DNA of 64,000 nucleotides. Source: Candidatus Poribacteria bacterium. Lineage in GTDB: Bacteria > Poribacteria > WGA-4E > WGA-3G. The notes below the pieces were generated by a model. The model saw nothing but the letters and a program-made list of their open reading frames with translations. It ran no database searches and was not told the DNA's origin. The DNA lies in NCBI GenBank assembly GCA_965205015.1, contig OZ242029.1, positions 4,512,001 through 4,576,000 on the forward strand, written 5' to 3'. This document shows positions 49,436 to 59,551 of this stretch, piece by piece (within the stretch, counting starts at the first letter, position 1; every line of letters starts with the position of its first letter). Both the position numbers and the translations under genes were made by a program.

Positions 49436-50227
49436 TTAGTGTGTGATAGTTCTTGACTTAATGCTGCCCCAGGTCGTTGTTGCTTTATCGCGAGGTGAAA
49501 CTGCGAGGAAGCCTTCGTTCATTATTTCTTGGATTTCTGCCTCGCTGAGCGCACGCCGCCACACTGCGGCTTCGTCGATAGAACCGTTTTCAAAGGTATA
49601 ATTCGGACGGTCTTTAGAGCAGCCGATCCGCAAATCCTGATCGTTGGTCCCTTTGAAATCAAACTTTTCGTCTTTCTCGGCGGCGACTTCGCCGTCAACG
49701 TAGACTTTCATGGTTGACCCGTCATAAGTTCCAACGACGTGTTGCCATTTCTTCGTATCCAGGGCATGTGGCTGGTTCAGGGTCGGTCTACTATTGCCCG
49801 TCCCCAAGAACATATTAAAATTCGCCCCGCCTTGGAAAGCCCCGATGCCGTAGGAAGAATGCTCACCGCCGTTATGGCAGTTTTTGTCGAACCACTGCGC
49901 ATCATTTCCCCAAGAGTCCTGATTGATCCAAGCCGCCATCGTGATTTCACCCGTGATTTTCAGTTCATCAGCGGCTGGCACATTGACACAATCCGCGCCT
50001 ACGTTTGTAATGCGAATCGCATCCCCATATTTACCTTTCACAATTTCAGTATTAGCGATGATATCGGCGTCCAGTCCATTGCCGGAATCGTCAACAATCG
50101 TCTTACCGTTGACATTGTCAAATGTGAAATAAACGACGAGTCCTTCCGCGAGATCTGCCGTAGCGTATCCTATCCCTATAAACATCACAGCACTGAGCAA
50201 CACGGCGTAACCAAATAGCTTTTTCAT
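49436..50227 (-). CDS. secreted LamG-like jellyroll protein
   Basis: YFTFD, GKYG, ITMAAW, WQHVVGTYDG, IDE; tail AVSPRDKATTTWGSIK. Confidence 0.85.
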   Translation of the reverse strand: MKKLFGYAVLLSAVMFIGIGYATADLAEGLVVYFTFDNVNGKTIVDDSGNGLDADIIANTEIVKGKYGDAIRITNVGADCVNVPAADELKITGEITMAAWINQDSWGNDAQWFDKNCHNGGEHSSYGIGAFQGGANFNMFLGTGNSRPTLNQPHALDTKKWQHVVGTYDGSTMKVYVDGEVAAEKDEKFDFKGTNDQDLRIGCSKDRPNYTFENGSIDEAAVWRRALSEAEIQEIMNEGFLAVSPRDKATTTWGSIKSRTITH

Positions 50228-50371
50228 TCTATGTCTCCTCCTGTGGAGTCTGATTACATCAAAAATGTGAATTTGCTTGTTCGGAAGTAATTAGAGTATA
50301 TCACGAGTCCCGTGAAGAAGGCAATGTGTTTTTGTTTGGCAATGCGGATCGATTCTGTGTTCCCACTACGA

Positions 50372-51199
50372 TTAAAATGCCTCCCGCTTAATATTGCCCC
50401 ACGTCGTAGTGACCTTATCCTTCGGCGAAACCGCGAGTAATGGACCTCGCATCGCAGCTCTGACCTCATCCTCGCTAAGCGCACGACTCCATATCGAGAC
50501 TTCATCAATGGAACCGCCTTCAAACGCGTAGTGTGGTTTATTCTTCACACAACCAATCCGCAAATCCTCTTCATTTGTGCCTTTAAAGTTAATGTTATCA
50601 AATTTGTCTACAGGTCGGAGTATAATTTCTCCGTCAAGATACATTTTTACACCGCTACGCTCACAGACCCCGACAATGTGATGCCATTTTTTATCTTTCA
50701 TTGTCCTATCAACTACCTGAATTTGTTGGGTTGCACCGGTCCCTAATACAATTCCAATACCGGAACCATCCTTGAACCATCCAGCCCCACCAAGATCCTT
50801 CTCATGAAAGACTGCCATACCGTATACACTATGGCGGTCTCTGCCATGACTCCCTTTATCAAGCCACTGCGAAGAATGTCCCTTCCAATTCTCGTGATAC
50901 ACCCATGCCATCATCGTGATCTCCTCACTGATTTCCAATGCCTTCGCTGAGGGGATATTCACGCAATCTTCGGTCTCATGAGTGATGTGGATTGCCTTCC
51001 CGTATTTGCCATCAACAAATTGCGTATTTTCGATAACCTCGGCATCCAAGCCGTTCCCAGATTCATCAACAATCATCTTCCCTTTAACAGTATCGAACGT
51101 AAAGTGAAGGACAAGATCGTCAGTGAGATCCGCTGTCGCATCTCCTACTGACACAAGCACCAGAACAACGCATAAAGGGTAGTAAAATAAACTTCTCAT
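50372..51199 (-). CDS. secreted LamG-like jellyroll protein (tandem paralog)
   Basis: Similar to 49436-50227; tail AVSPKDKVTTTWGNIK. Confidence 0.85.
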   Translation of the reverse strand: MRSLFYYPLCVVLVLVSVGDATADLTDDLVLHFTFDTVKGKMIVDESGNGLDAEVIENTQFVDGKYGKAIHITHETEDCVNIPSAKALEISEEITMMAWVYHENWKGHSSQWLDKGSHGRDRHSVYGMAVFHEKDLGGAGWFKDGSGIGIVLGTGATQQIQVVDRTMKDKKWHHIVGVCERSGVKMYLDGEIILRPVDKFDNINFKGTNEEDLRIGCVKNKPHYAFEGGSIDEVSIWSRALSEDEVRAAMRGPLLAVSPKDKVTTTWGNIKREAF

Positions 51200-51315
51200 T
51201 TTTCACCTTTAGGACTTGTGCATTTCTTTTATTGTAGGAGCGAACTGTGCTCGCGATTCCCTACTGACTCCCAATTAATTCCGTAAAGCCCGATTCTGAC
51301 AACCAACATCCCAGA

Positions 51316-52155
51316 TTACCGGGCTGACTCATTAGAGGCAAGCACGGCGTTCATGAGTTCTTCCCATCTGCCTTCAAATTTCTCACCGAACTCGGTTTCG
51401 CCACCGGTAGCCAGGGGTCCACGGAGCATTGGTTTAGCGGCGTTATTATTTTCCCAAAGCGCCTTCCCGCCGAAGTCGTTGTGGAGGAAATGGAGTGCCA
51501 CGCCAGCGCGTTCTTTATCGGAGAGGTTCGATTTCGTGCAGTGTGCCACGCCGTAGCAGAAGAAGAGTACACCCCCCGCCTTGAGTTCGATGGGGACGGC
51601 GCGTTCTTCGGGCGGATCACACCGGATGTGGTGATCGCTCAGTGGGTCGCGATAGTGTTCGTAACTCTCCCGATGACTACCCGGTATGACGTGCATGCAA
51701 CCGTTCTCAACATTTGCATCATGGATCGCGATCCACATCGCAGTGCCGCGCAACGGGTCTGCGATTTTGAAATAGGCGTTATCTTGATGCCAACTCGTGC
51801 CGATACCGACTTTAGGCGGTTTCCAGAACGCTTGATCCAGTTCCAACATAAATTCATCGCCGATAAGTTGTTGAACGGCGGAAAGGACTTTCGGGTGAAA
51901 GGGTAGAGCTTTGTGTAAGTCGCTACGGTTGTTAAGCGGAATTACTTGAAGATTTTGGCGTTCACCCACATTGTCCCGCTTGGTCCCATCCGCTTGCACC
52001 GCGCAATTGATGCCCGTTCCGTTTTTGAGTTCAGTATCGTAGATCCGTTCTAATTCGAGTCGGAGCGCCTTCGCTTCAACGGGATTGAAAAATCCTTCAA
52101 TGGCAAGATACCCACTGTTTCGGAATTCCGCGAGCTGCTTCTCACTGAGTTGCAT
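51316..52155 (-). CDS. phytanoyl-CoA dioxygenase (PhyH) family Fe/2OG enzyme
   Basis: KPP...WHQD (HxD), NGCMHVIPGSH, distal His and Arg; start at MQLSEKQL after an AAGGTGG RBS. Confidence 0.88.
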   Translation of the reverse strand: MQLSEKQLAEFRNSGYLAIEGFFNPVEAKALRLELERIYDTELKNGTGINCAVQADGTKRDNVGERQNLQVIPLNNRSDLHKALPFHPKVLSAVQQLIGDEFMLELDQAFWKPPKVGIGTSWHQDNAYFKIADPLRGTAMWIAIHDANVENGCMHVIPGSHRESYEHYRDPLSDHHIRCDPPEERAVPIELKAGGVLFFCYGVAHCTKSNLSDKERAGVALHFLHNDFGGKALWENNNAAKPMLRGPLATGGETEFGEKFEGRWEELMNAVLASNESAR

Positions 52156-52204
52156 GGTTAAAACCACCTTTCTATGCATGATGGCACGACGTGTGCATCT
52201 TATC

Positions 52205-53611
52205 TTATTGTCTCTCTGCACACGGCACGATAATAGAATCCACCATGCCGTGTAGAATTTTCTTGTCCGCTGGACAGACCGCCGCTTGCATGCCCCCGAG
52301 TTTGACAGTGTCGCCGACGACAAAATAGTAGGGACGGAGGAGTGGACGGCACGCCATCTCTTGGACATCGCCAGCATCGAAATCGTAATACTGCATCCGT
52401 ACCCGTTCAGCAGTATGGAATTTCTGTAAGACGTACGGATTTTTCTCGAAATTCTCAAGACTGTTCTCAATAACGGCTTCCCATTCCTCCGTAGGAAGAT
52501 CATGTCCGATCGCGACACCGCGGCTCCCCCATGCGAGTTCAGAAAACCCTGAGGGTTTGATAACCAATTCCCGTTGTTTTTGCGTCACTGAACCGAGTTG
52601 TCGCCAATCTGTCACCGCATTTCCGTCCACCTCCAAATTGGGAATTACAGCATGCGGGGGTAGGGGACGGGCATCGATAACCCATGTCTCTGGAATTGTT
52701 CGTTGTAAGAAGGGATAGGTTTTTTTGCCGAGATGGCGTTTCCAAAAGGGTTGGAGCGTCGGATGATGAAAAAGCGCGAGGCATAATTTTTCTTCCAGAT
52801 AGGATTTCGGTGGTGGTGTCATTACAACGGTGCGTTTCTTCGCACTATAAAACATTAACTCCGCTTTCGGGATATTCGGCAGATCGAACAGTTCATAGAA
52901 ACGATAGAGTACGTCAACTTCTATCTTACCGTCTATCGTTTCAACAAGTAGTGCATCCTCGGTAAAAATTACCTCGTGCGGTTTGACGGTGCGAGTCTCC
53001 ACCCCCGCCTCACAAAGTGCCGCGGCAAGCCAGACCATCTCCGCCCAGTAATCTTCCGATTCGTCTGAAACGACGATTGCGAGTGTCGGGTTATCCTTCT
53101 TCGCCAGCGCACGGATCATTTCGGCATATCCGTTCACCATTCCATCGCTGCCCCCGATGATGCTATAGCCGAGTTGTGCGTAGAGCCGTCCTAAGCATCC
53201 TGTCGCCCCGATAAATCCCGGAATCGAGTCGAGTTCGGTAATCGCCATACCGTCAGCAGTCGGGAGTATGTCGGGACGTAGCACACCGGGCAATTGGCTC
53301 TTAAAACGGTTCATCCGCCCATATTGGATAACGGGTTCCGGTTTGCCGAACTCTAAGTACTCCGCCACCCACCCGGGTTGAATACCTCGTGCACTTTGGG
53401 AATAGAGTAAATTACAGGCGCGATAGAAGTTTAAAAGATGGGTTCCGAGTTCCTCAAACCACCTCAAATCCGATTTGGTAATCCAGAACGGTTCCGGGGA
53501 GATACGCCAAGAGGTGTTGCAATCTGGATGGACATCCCGTTTCTCTGATTCAAAGAGCTTCGCCTTCGGGATTTCGTCGTTAATAAATAGACATTTCTGT
53601 TTGGCGTCCAA
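52205..53611 (-). CDS. circularly permuted ATP-grasp / glutathionylspermidine synthase-like ligase
   Basis: LRPD....G..ITELD, YRFYE, EEK, IPETW, VIKPSG, GSRGV.IG, YVLQ. Confidence 0.6.
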   Translation of the reverse strand: MDAKQKCLFINDEIPKAKLFESEKRDVHPDCNTSWRISPEPFWITKSDLRWFEELGTHLLNFYRACNLLYSQSARGIQPGWVAEYLEFGKPEPVIQYGRMNRFKSQLPGVLRPDILPTADGMAITELDSIPGFIGATGCLGRLYAQLGYSIIGGSDGMVNGYAEMIRALAKKDNPTLAIVVSDESEDYWAEMVWLAAALCEAGVETRTVKPHEVIFTEDALLVETIDGKIEVDVLYRFYELFDLPNIPKAELMFYSAKKRTVVMTPPPKSYLEEKLCLALFHHPTLQPFWKRHLGKKTYPFLQRTIPETWVIDARPLPPHAVIPNLEVDGNAVTDWRQLGSVTQKQRELVIKPSGFSELAWGSRGVAIGHDLPTEEWEAVIENSLENFEKNPYVLQKFHTAERVRMQYYDFDAGDVQEMACRPLLRPYYFVVGDTVKLGGMQAAVCPADKKILHGMVDSIIVPCAERQ

Positions 53612-53626
53612 TTTTTAATGATTCCT

Positions 53627-55213
53627 TTATGCCAAGAAGACCTGCTTAACGAAGTCGATCTTCTTCTGTTCAGCAATGGTTTGTAAAACGCGCCGAGGCA
53701 CAGGACTATCTACGTTGATAAGCGTCACGGCGAGTTCCCATAAGCGTGAACGTCCGACAGTCATATCTGCGATGTTAATACCGTGCTCCCCGAGAATTGT
53801 TCCCATTAACCCTATCATTCCAGGCTGGTCACTATTGTAGATGAGGAGAATATAGCCGGTCGGTCTCACGTTTATATGAAGTTGATCTATTCGGACGATA
53901 CGGATGTCCTTTTTGCCGAAGGCAGTGCCTTCAATGACCGCTTCGCCTTTATCGGTTGTGATTGTAATGGCGATGGAGTTGGCAAAATCTGCTTCTGATT
54001 CGCTTTTCGTCTCTGTAACGGCGATCCCGCGTTGCTTAATCAGAAATGGGGCGTTTACATAGTTCACGTCCGTCAGCACAGGTGCCAAAAGCCCTTTCTG
54101 TAAAGCGACCGTTATCGGCGTAACGTCTTCTTTCTGGAAGAGCGTGCCGTTGTAATGGATTTTAATCGCGGAGATTTGTCCCTCAACAATTTGGGCGTGA
54201 AAACTGCCGATCTTTTCGGCAAGTTCCAGATAGGGACCCAAAATATCGAGTGTCCTCGGATCGATTTTCGGTTGATTTACGGCATTCGCGACGGGCTGTT
54301 CGCGGAGCGCGTTGATGACTTGCTGTGCCACCTCGACGGCGACATGTTCCTGTGCTTCTGATGTAGACGCACCGAGGTGTGGGAGTGCCAGCACACTCTC
54401 TAAGTCCAGCAGTGGGGTTTCGGTTGCCGGTTCGCTTTCAAAAACGTCCAGTGCAGCACCGGCGAGTTGTCCAGTTTTTAAGGCGTGATAGAGGGCATTT
54501 TCATCAATAATACCGCCACGCGCACAGTTAATCAGGCGGCAACTTGGCTTCATCAACGCAAATTCCGCTTCACCGACACTATGATACGTTTCGGCGTTGA
54601 GATGCGTGTGGACGGAAATGTAATCGGATTCCTGAAAAAGCGCATCCCGCTCGACGGGTCGAATGCCGATCTTTTCTGCCGCACTCGCTGAAATATACGG
54701 ATCGTAGGCGATGACTTGCATCCCGAAAGCCTGTGCGCGTCGGGCGACCTCTCGTCCGATCCGTCCCAGTCCGATCGTGCCAAAAACCTTCCCATATAAC
54801 TCAACCCCGATGAAGTCGTTGCGTTTCCACGTTTTGTTCCGGAGTGAAATCCCAGCAGGCACGATGTTGCGCGCCAATGCCAACAGCATCGCAATCGTAT
54901 GCTCCGCCGCCGCGATTGTGTTCCCCGTCGGTGTGTTGACAACCAGGATGCCGTTTCGCGTTGCGGCTTGTACATCAATATTATCCACACCGACCCCGGC
55001 GCGCCCGATGACCTTTAGCTGCTTGGCGTTGTCAATGACGTCCGCAGTCACTTTCGTCGCGCTTCTGATAAGTAGGGCATGATAGTCAGCAATCCGGTCC
55101 AACAGTTCTTCATGAGAGAGATTGAGATTAACGTCCACCTGAAAATCACCACTCTCTTCCAAAACATCCAAACCTCGCCGCGACAGCAGGTCGCTGACCA
55201 GCACCTTGTTCAT
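53627..55213 (-). CDS. serA: D-3-phosphoglycerate dehydrogenase
   Basis: RSATKV, RAGVGVDN, GLGRIG, NCARGG, PHLGAST.EAQ; ASB and ACT domains. Confidence 0.95.
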   Translation of the reverse strand: MNKVLVSDLLSRRGLDVLEESGDFQVDVNLNLSHEELLDRIADYHALLIRSATKVTADVIDNAKQLKVIGRAGVGVDNIDVQAATRNGILVVNTPTGNTIAAAEHTIAMLLALARNIVPAGISLRNKTWKRNDFIGVELYGKVFGTIGLGRIGREVARRAQAFGMQVIAYDPYISASAAEKIGIRPVERDALFQESDYISVHTHLNAETYHSVGEAEFALMKPSCRLINCARGGIIDENALYHALKTGQLAGAALDVFESEPATETPLLDLESVLALPHLGASTSEAQEHVAVEVAQQVINALREQPVANAVNQPKIDPRTLDILGPYLELAEKIGSFHAQIVEGQISAIKIHYNGTLFQKEDVTPITVALQKGLLAPVLTDVNYVNAPFLIKQRGIAVTETKSESEADFANSIAITITTDKGEAVIEGTAFGKKDIRIVRIDQLHINVRPTGYILLIYNSDQPGMIGLMGTILGEHGINIADMTVGRSRLWELAVTLINVDSPVPRRVLQTIAEQKKIDFVKQVFLA

Positions 55214-55283
55214 AATTCGGACTCCTCCACCGTTATCGTATCGAGACGACACCTTCCCCTCTTTGTTTGCAAGTTATCTTTAA

Positions 55284-55312
55284 ATTATAGCACATCCTAA
55301 GCTCCGTGTCAA
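55284..55312 (-). promoter_or_regulatory. sigma70-type promoter of serA
   Basis: TTGACA-17 nt-TATAAT. Confidence 0.8.
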
Positions 55313-55444
55313 CAGTAAAGGACATTCAGTTTCAAAAAATTAACGGAATACCATTGGACATATTTTTTCTTCTGTGGTAATATATACCCTAATATCCATC
55401 GTGCATCCGCACAAGGCACGAACTACCCAAAAAAACATGGAGGC

Positions 55445-55663
55445 ATGAATATGTTAGGCCTGGGTCCGTGGGAATTATTGATTGTGTTGGCTGTCGTGTT
55501 ACTCATATTTGGCGGAAAACGTCTTCCCGAATTGGCGCGGGGACTCGGTAAGAGCGTTACAAACTTTAAAGCTGGACTCAATGAAGAACAGACAGAGGAA
55601 ACCGAAACGACAACACAAGTACAACAAGAGAATGGAGTGCCACCAAAAGAGAAAACTGGATAG
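55445..55663 (+). CDS. tatA: twin-arginine translocase subunit TatA
   Basis: GPWELLIV..LLIFGGKRLPELARGLG....FK. Confidence 0.92.
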   Translation: MNMLGLGPWELLIVLAVVLLIFGGKRLPELARGLGKSVTNFKAGLNEEQTEETETTTQVQQENGVPPKEKTG

Positions 55664-55757
55664 AGAAGCCCCGCTTCTCCACTCCGTTCTCATCTGCTTG
55701 TAGGCGCAAGCGCCATTCGCGACTTGTATACTCTTAACTGACAACTAACAACTAACA

Positions 55758-56078
55758 ATGAAAGATAAATTACCCGATTTTCTTCAGAATGTGATTGATG
55801 AATACCCCGATGTTTGGAAGGCATATCAGGCATTGGGTGAAGCGTGTGGGACCGCCGGTCCCCTTGAACAGAAAACCGTGAGGCTCGTTAAACTCGCATT
55901 GGCGATAGGTGCCAAGTCTGAAGGCGCGGTACACTCCCATACACGGCGCGCCCTTCGAGAAGGCATCACGCCAGAGGAGTTACAACAGGTAGCACTGCTC
56001 GCTGTGACCTCTATTGGCTGGTCTTCGAGTATGGCGGCATTATCTTGGATTCAAGATGTTGTGGACAAACAATCGTAA
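55758..56078 (+). CDS. carboxymuconolactone decarboxylase family protein
   Basis: GPL..KT..LVKLALA, AVHSHTRRAL. Confidence 0.85.
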   Translation: MKDKLPDFLQNVIDEYPDVWKAYQALGEACGTAGPLEQKTVRLVKLALAIGAKSEGAVHSHTRRALREGITPEELQQVALLAVTSIGWSSSMAALSWIQDVVDKQS

Positions 56079-56140
56079 TTTAATCGAGAAAACCAGCAGC
56101 GATGCAGGTTATCCTAACCCTAAGGAGCACATATAGTATT

Positions 56141-56542
56141 ATGAACGGAAAATTCATTGCGTCCGCGAACGTAGAACGAGACGAACTTGACTGGGGAACA
56201 ATCGGTTGGCTCAGTCGCCCAGAAAGTACAGGCGCGAAAGACATCGTTGCCATGGAAGTTAGTCTCTCCCCCGGATATGGACACGATTTCCATAAACATC
56301 CCGATCAAGAAGAGGTTATCTACGTTATAGAAGGCAGTGTAGAGCAGTGGCTTGAGGATAAAAAACAGACACTCAACGCCGGAGATTCTGTTTTTATCCC
56401 AGCGGACATGGTCCACGCCTCTTTTAACGTCTCCTCTGCGTCCGCGAAATTATTTGTTACCCTCAGTCCAAGCAAAGGTGCAGAGGGGTATCAACTCATC
56501 GACGTTTACGATCAAGCACCGTGGAATACACTCCGCTCGTAA
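56141..56542 (+). CDS. cupin domain protein
   Basis: HDFHKHPDQEEVIYVIEG, GDSVFIP...VH. Confidence 0.88.
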   Translation: MNGKFIASANVERDELDWGTIGWLSRPESTGAKDIVAMEVSLSPGYGHDFHKHPDQEEVIYVIEGSVEQWLEDKKQTLNAGDSVFIPADMVHASFNVSSASAKLFVTLSPSKGAEGYQLIDVYDQAPWNTLRS

Positions 56543-56553
56543 TAGTAAAAAAA

Positions 56554-57393
56554 ATGATTGGAACGCCAGTCCCTGAAACATCAATGTCAATTCGCCAGCG
56601 GATGCGTGAGTTCTACGAAACATCGGAGACCTATAAAGGCCTTCTATCTGCGCACGATGAAGCCTATCTCCGACACTACGTAGAATTGGTAACCCGCTAC
56701 GCTTCCCCGCGTTCCAAAATCCTTGACCTTGGATGCGGGAACGGTATCTCAGCGAGACTGCTCAATCAGGCGGACTTTGATGTCGTCGGAACCGATATTT
56801 CCCCGCTCTTTCTCAAAGAAGCACGCGCATGGGAAAATCCGAAACTCCGCTATCGGGTGTGCGATGTGATGGAACTCCCCTTTGAAAGCGAGTCCTTTGA
56901 TGTTATCTGCTCAAACGAATTGGTTGAACATCTGCCCGATGTGGAAACGGCGTTAACCGAAATGATGCGGGTTGTGTGCAAGGGTGGGAAAATTGTGCTT
57001 TCCGGACCCAATCTCTGTTCACCCTTAATCCCATTGCTTGATTGGCTGAACCTGATGTCTGGCAGACCCGGCAGACCCGTTTGGGGTGAGACGAAACGAC
57101 AAGCGTTGGAGCAATTTACACGTAACTGTAGACTCTATGTCCGGAAGCGGTTCTTGACACCTCCGACAGTGGCACCGAACTTCATTTACCGTGAACCCGA
57201 TTTACAGGTGGATGCCATTGGTGGTGATGCAGACAGCGCTTATTATGCCAGCCCGATTGATCTCGCTCAATTTTTCCGGTCGCACGGGTGCAGGATCGTC
57301 AAGAAAGCCGTTGGCTTCGGGGTAAAAGGCAGAATTATCGCGAGTGCGTTTCCGTACCTGAGTCCTTATATCACCATGGTTGTGGAGAAATGA
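56554..57393 (+). CDS. class I SAM methyltransferase (type 11)
   Basis: LDLGCGNG, LPFESESFD, EH.PD. Confidence 0.85.
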   Translation: MIGTPVPETSMSIRQRMREFYETSETYKGLLSAHDEAYLRHYVELVTRYASPRSKILDLGCGNGISARLLNQADFDVVGTDISPLFLKEARAWENPKLRYRVCDVMELPFESESFDVICSNELVEHLPDVETALTEMMRVVCKGGKIVLSGPNLCSPLIPLLDWLNLMSGRPGRPVWGETKRQALEQFTRNCRLYVRKRFLTPPTVAPNFIYREPDLQVDAIGGDADSAYYASPIDLAQFFRSHGCRIVKKAVGFGVKGRIIASAFPYLSPYITMVVEK

Positions 57394-57497
57394 AAAAGAT
57401 TTAGGCGAAATCATAGAATGGTACCTAAAAACCCACAGGAAACCAACGGCACAAGAGACAACGCACAGGCTAACAGCCTATGCTACACTTTATCCTA

Positions 57498-58304
57498 ATG
57501 AACATTCGCGCGGACGATTTTGTTTTAGAGATAGGGAGCGGTCACAACCCGAAGGCACGTTCGGATGTTTTGTGTGATAAATTCATAGGGGATGACGAAC
57601 AGCGCGGCGGTGCCATCGTTACCGACCGTCCGATGGTGGAAGCGGATGGTCAGTTCCTGCCGTTCGCAGATCGGGCGTTTGATTATGTGATCTGCTCACA
57701 TGTGCTGGAACACGTCAAGGACCCTGCCCAATTCATCGCCGAATTAGAGCGTGTCGCCTGCCGTGGGTATATTGAAACGCCCTCTGAAATAGGGGAGCGA
57801 ATCTACGGATGGCACTATCACAATTGGGTCGTCAACTTGGTCGATGGCTGTTTGATGCTACGGAAGAACGAAAAAAAATCCCAATTTGGGCAACTTTTCC
57901 ACAGATTGGCGGTAACAGATAAGCATTGGAAGCGGTTTCATATTACGCATCATAACCTTTTTTTGGTCCAATACGAATGGGAAGATGAAATAAACTATAA
58001 AATACTCCTTGAACATGAGTCAGCACTGGATTTAGAATGCCCTGATACACTTGACAGGCTTGTTGCACCAGATGGTAATGTTCAAAACGAGTGGTTGCTG
58101 CTTCTTAAAAGCGCGGTGCCGCGAGGTATCGTCTCCCGTGCAAAATCGCTTTTGACCAAAGGTAATAGTCGGCAGCGGAAAACATTACGAGAAATTCTTG
58201 TTTGCCCACGGTGTAAAGGTGAGATCACATGGGAAGAGCAGCGTCTCCACTGCAAAATGTGCGAACAGTCCTATCGGATTGTTGATGGAATTCCGAGATT
58301 TTAA
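57498..58304 (+). CDS. methyltransferase type 11 with C-terminal Trm112-like zinc ribbon
   Basis: LEIGSG, LPFADRAFD..SHVLEH; LVCPRCKG...C..C...YRIVDGIP. Confidence 0.8.
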   Translation: MNIRADDFVLEIGSGHNPKARSDVLCDKFIGDDEQRGGAIVTDRPMVEADGQFLPFADRAFDYVICSHVLEHVKDPAQFIAELERVACRGYIETPSEIGERIYGWHYHNWVVNLVDGCLMLRKNEKKSQFGQLFHRLAVTDKHWKRFHITHHNLFLVQYEWEDEINYKILLEHESALDLECPDTLDRLVAPDGNVQNEWLLLLKSAVPRGIVSRAKSLLTKGNSRQRKTLREILVCPRCKGEITWEEQRLHCKMCEQSYRIVDGIPRF

Positions 58305-58536
58305 TTATTCGCAAGGCGTTAGATGAGGCAATTGGTTTGTTGACGGTTTTTTCTCAAATCCGCCTGCGTGTTTTTGCTTAGGTATTTCTGCGTATTGTTG
58401 CAGGCTACTATCTTTGGTTACAGGAATTGTAGATAAAACTAAAAACCGTAACTCGTAACGAAGTGGAGAGCGGATTTAAGGAAAACACAGCAATGATTCA
58501 AAGTTACGTCGTTTCTCCGCAAGGAAAATTTAAAAC

Positions 58537-59514
58537 ATGAATGTAGTACCGAAAGAATTTATCCGTGTGATGCCAGATGCGATGCGGAACTTCATCAGTG
58601 CCGCTTTCCAGAAGGCAGGCACTTCGGAAGAGGACGCTGCACACATGGCGCACCTGCTGGTTCTTACCGATCTACGCGGTGTATTCAGTCATGGCACATG
58701 GCAAACACCGGGATATGTCGGGATGATGCTTGACGGGAAAGTAAACCCACGTCCAAACGTCCGCTGCATCGATGAATCCCCAACGACGGCGGTCTACGAC
58801 GGCGATGGCGGTATGGGGCATTTTGCCTCGTATCATGCTGCGAAGGCAGCCGTCAAAAAAGCCAAAGAGATGGGGCTCGGGGCCGCGACGAGTCGGAACC
58901 ACTTCCACTTTGGGAGTGCTGGCAAGTATACACGGCTCGCGCTTGAAGCGGATTGCGCCGGGTTTGCGGTCTCTTGCCACCGTTTTCGACACGGTCCCGA
59001 CAGTCCGATTGCTACCGCAACAGGAGCCTCGCCGATGAGTTTCGCGATTCCCGCGGGCAACCAGCCGCCTATCGTCGTTGATATGGCAACCGGTATTGAT
59101 GCCAAATTACCCTTAGAACAAGCGTTTGAACAGAGTCCCGCTGCGTTCTTCAAGATGTTGGGATTGAGTCATGTGAGTCATGCGCTCGGTGGGTTTATGG
59201 CGGGCATCTGGCTATTCGATAAACCGCCGGATCCCCCAACAATCTGGGAAGGTGCCAATCAAGGGGCTTTCATCGCAGCGATCGACATTTCGCGATTCCG
59301 ACCGGTTGACACGTATAAAGCCGAGATCGATCAACATATCCACGATGCACGACAGATGCACCCCGCACCCGGTTATGACCGATCGGATCTGCCCGGTGGT
59401 TTAGAATGGGAACGCGAACAGGAATGGGCTGACATCGGCATCCCCGTTGGCGAAGCACATCAGGAACAGTTGAAAATAGCTGCTGAACGGGTTGGCATTT
59501 CGCTTCCATTTTAA
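58537..59514 (+). CDS. Ldh_2 family oxidoreductase (second paralog)
   Basis: DLRGVFSHG, DGDGGMGH, NHFHFG, SFAIP, DMA, LPGGLE. Confidence 0.85.
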   Translation: MNVVPKEFIRVMPDAMRNFISAAFQKAGTSEEDAAHMAHLLVLTDLRGVFSHGTWQTPGYVGMMLDGKVNPRPNVRCIDESPTTAVYDGDGGMGHFASYHAAKAAVKKAKEMGLGAATSRNHFHFGSAGKYTRLALEADCAGFAVSCHRFRHGPDSPIATATGASPMSFAIPAGNQPPIVVDMATGIDAKLPLEQAFEQSPAAFFKMLGLSHVSHALGGFMAGIWLFDKPPDPPTIWEGANQGAFIAAIDISRFRPVDTYKAEIDQHIHDARQMHPAPGYDRSDLPGGLEWEREQEWADIGIPVGEAHQEQLKIAAERVGISLPF

Positions 59515-59551
59515 ATGACGACTTTAAAAATAAAAAGGAATAAAAAACAGA

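Noticed and set aside
52156-52518. N-terminal extension of the 400-aa PhyH ORF
   Set aside because: It overlaps the ATP-grasp gene in another frame; a good RBS and typical PhyH start lie at 52155.
55735-55757. Short heptamer repeats (AACTGAC/AACTAAC; also AGCAGTC near 62283)
   Set aside because: Only 2-3 copies each, too short to support a function.
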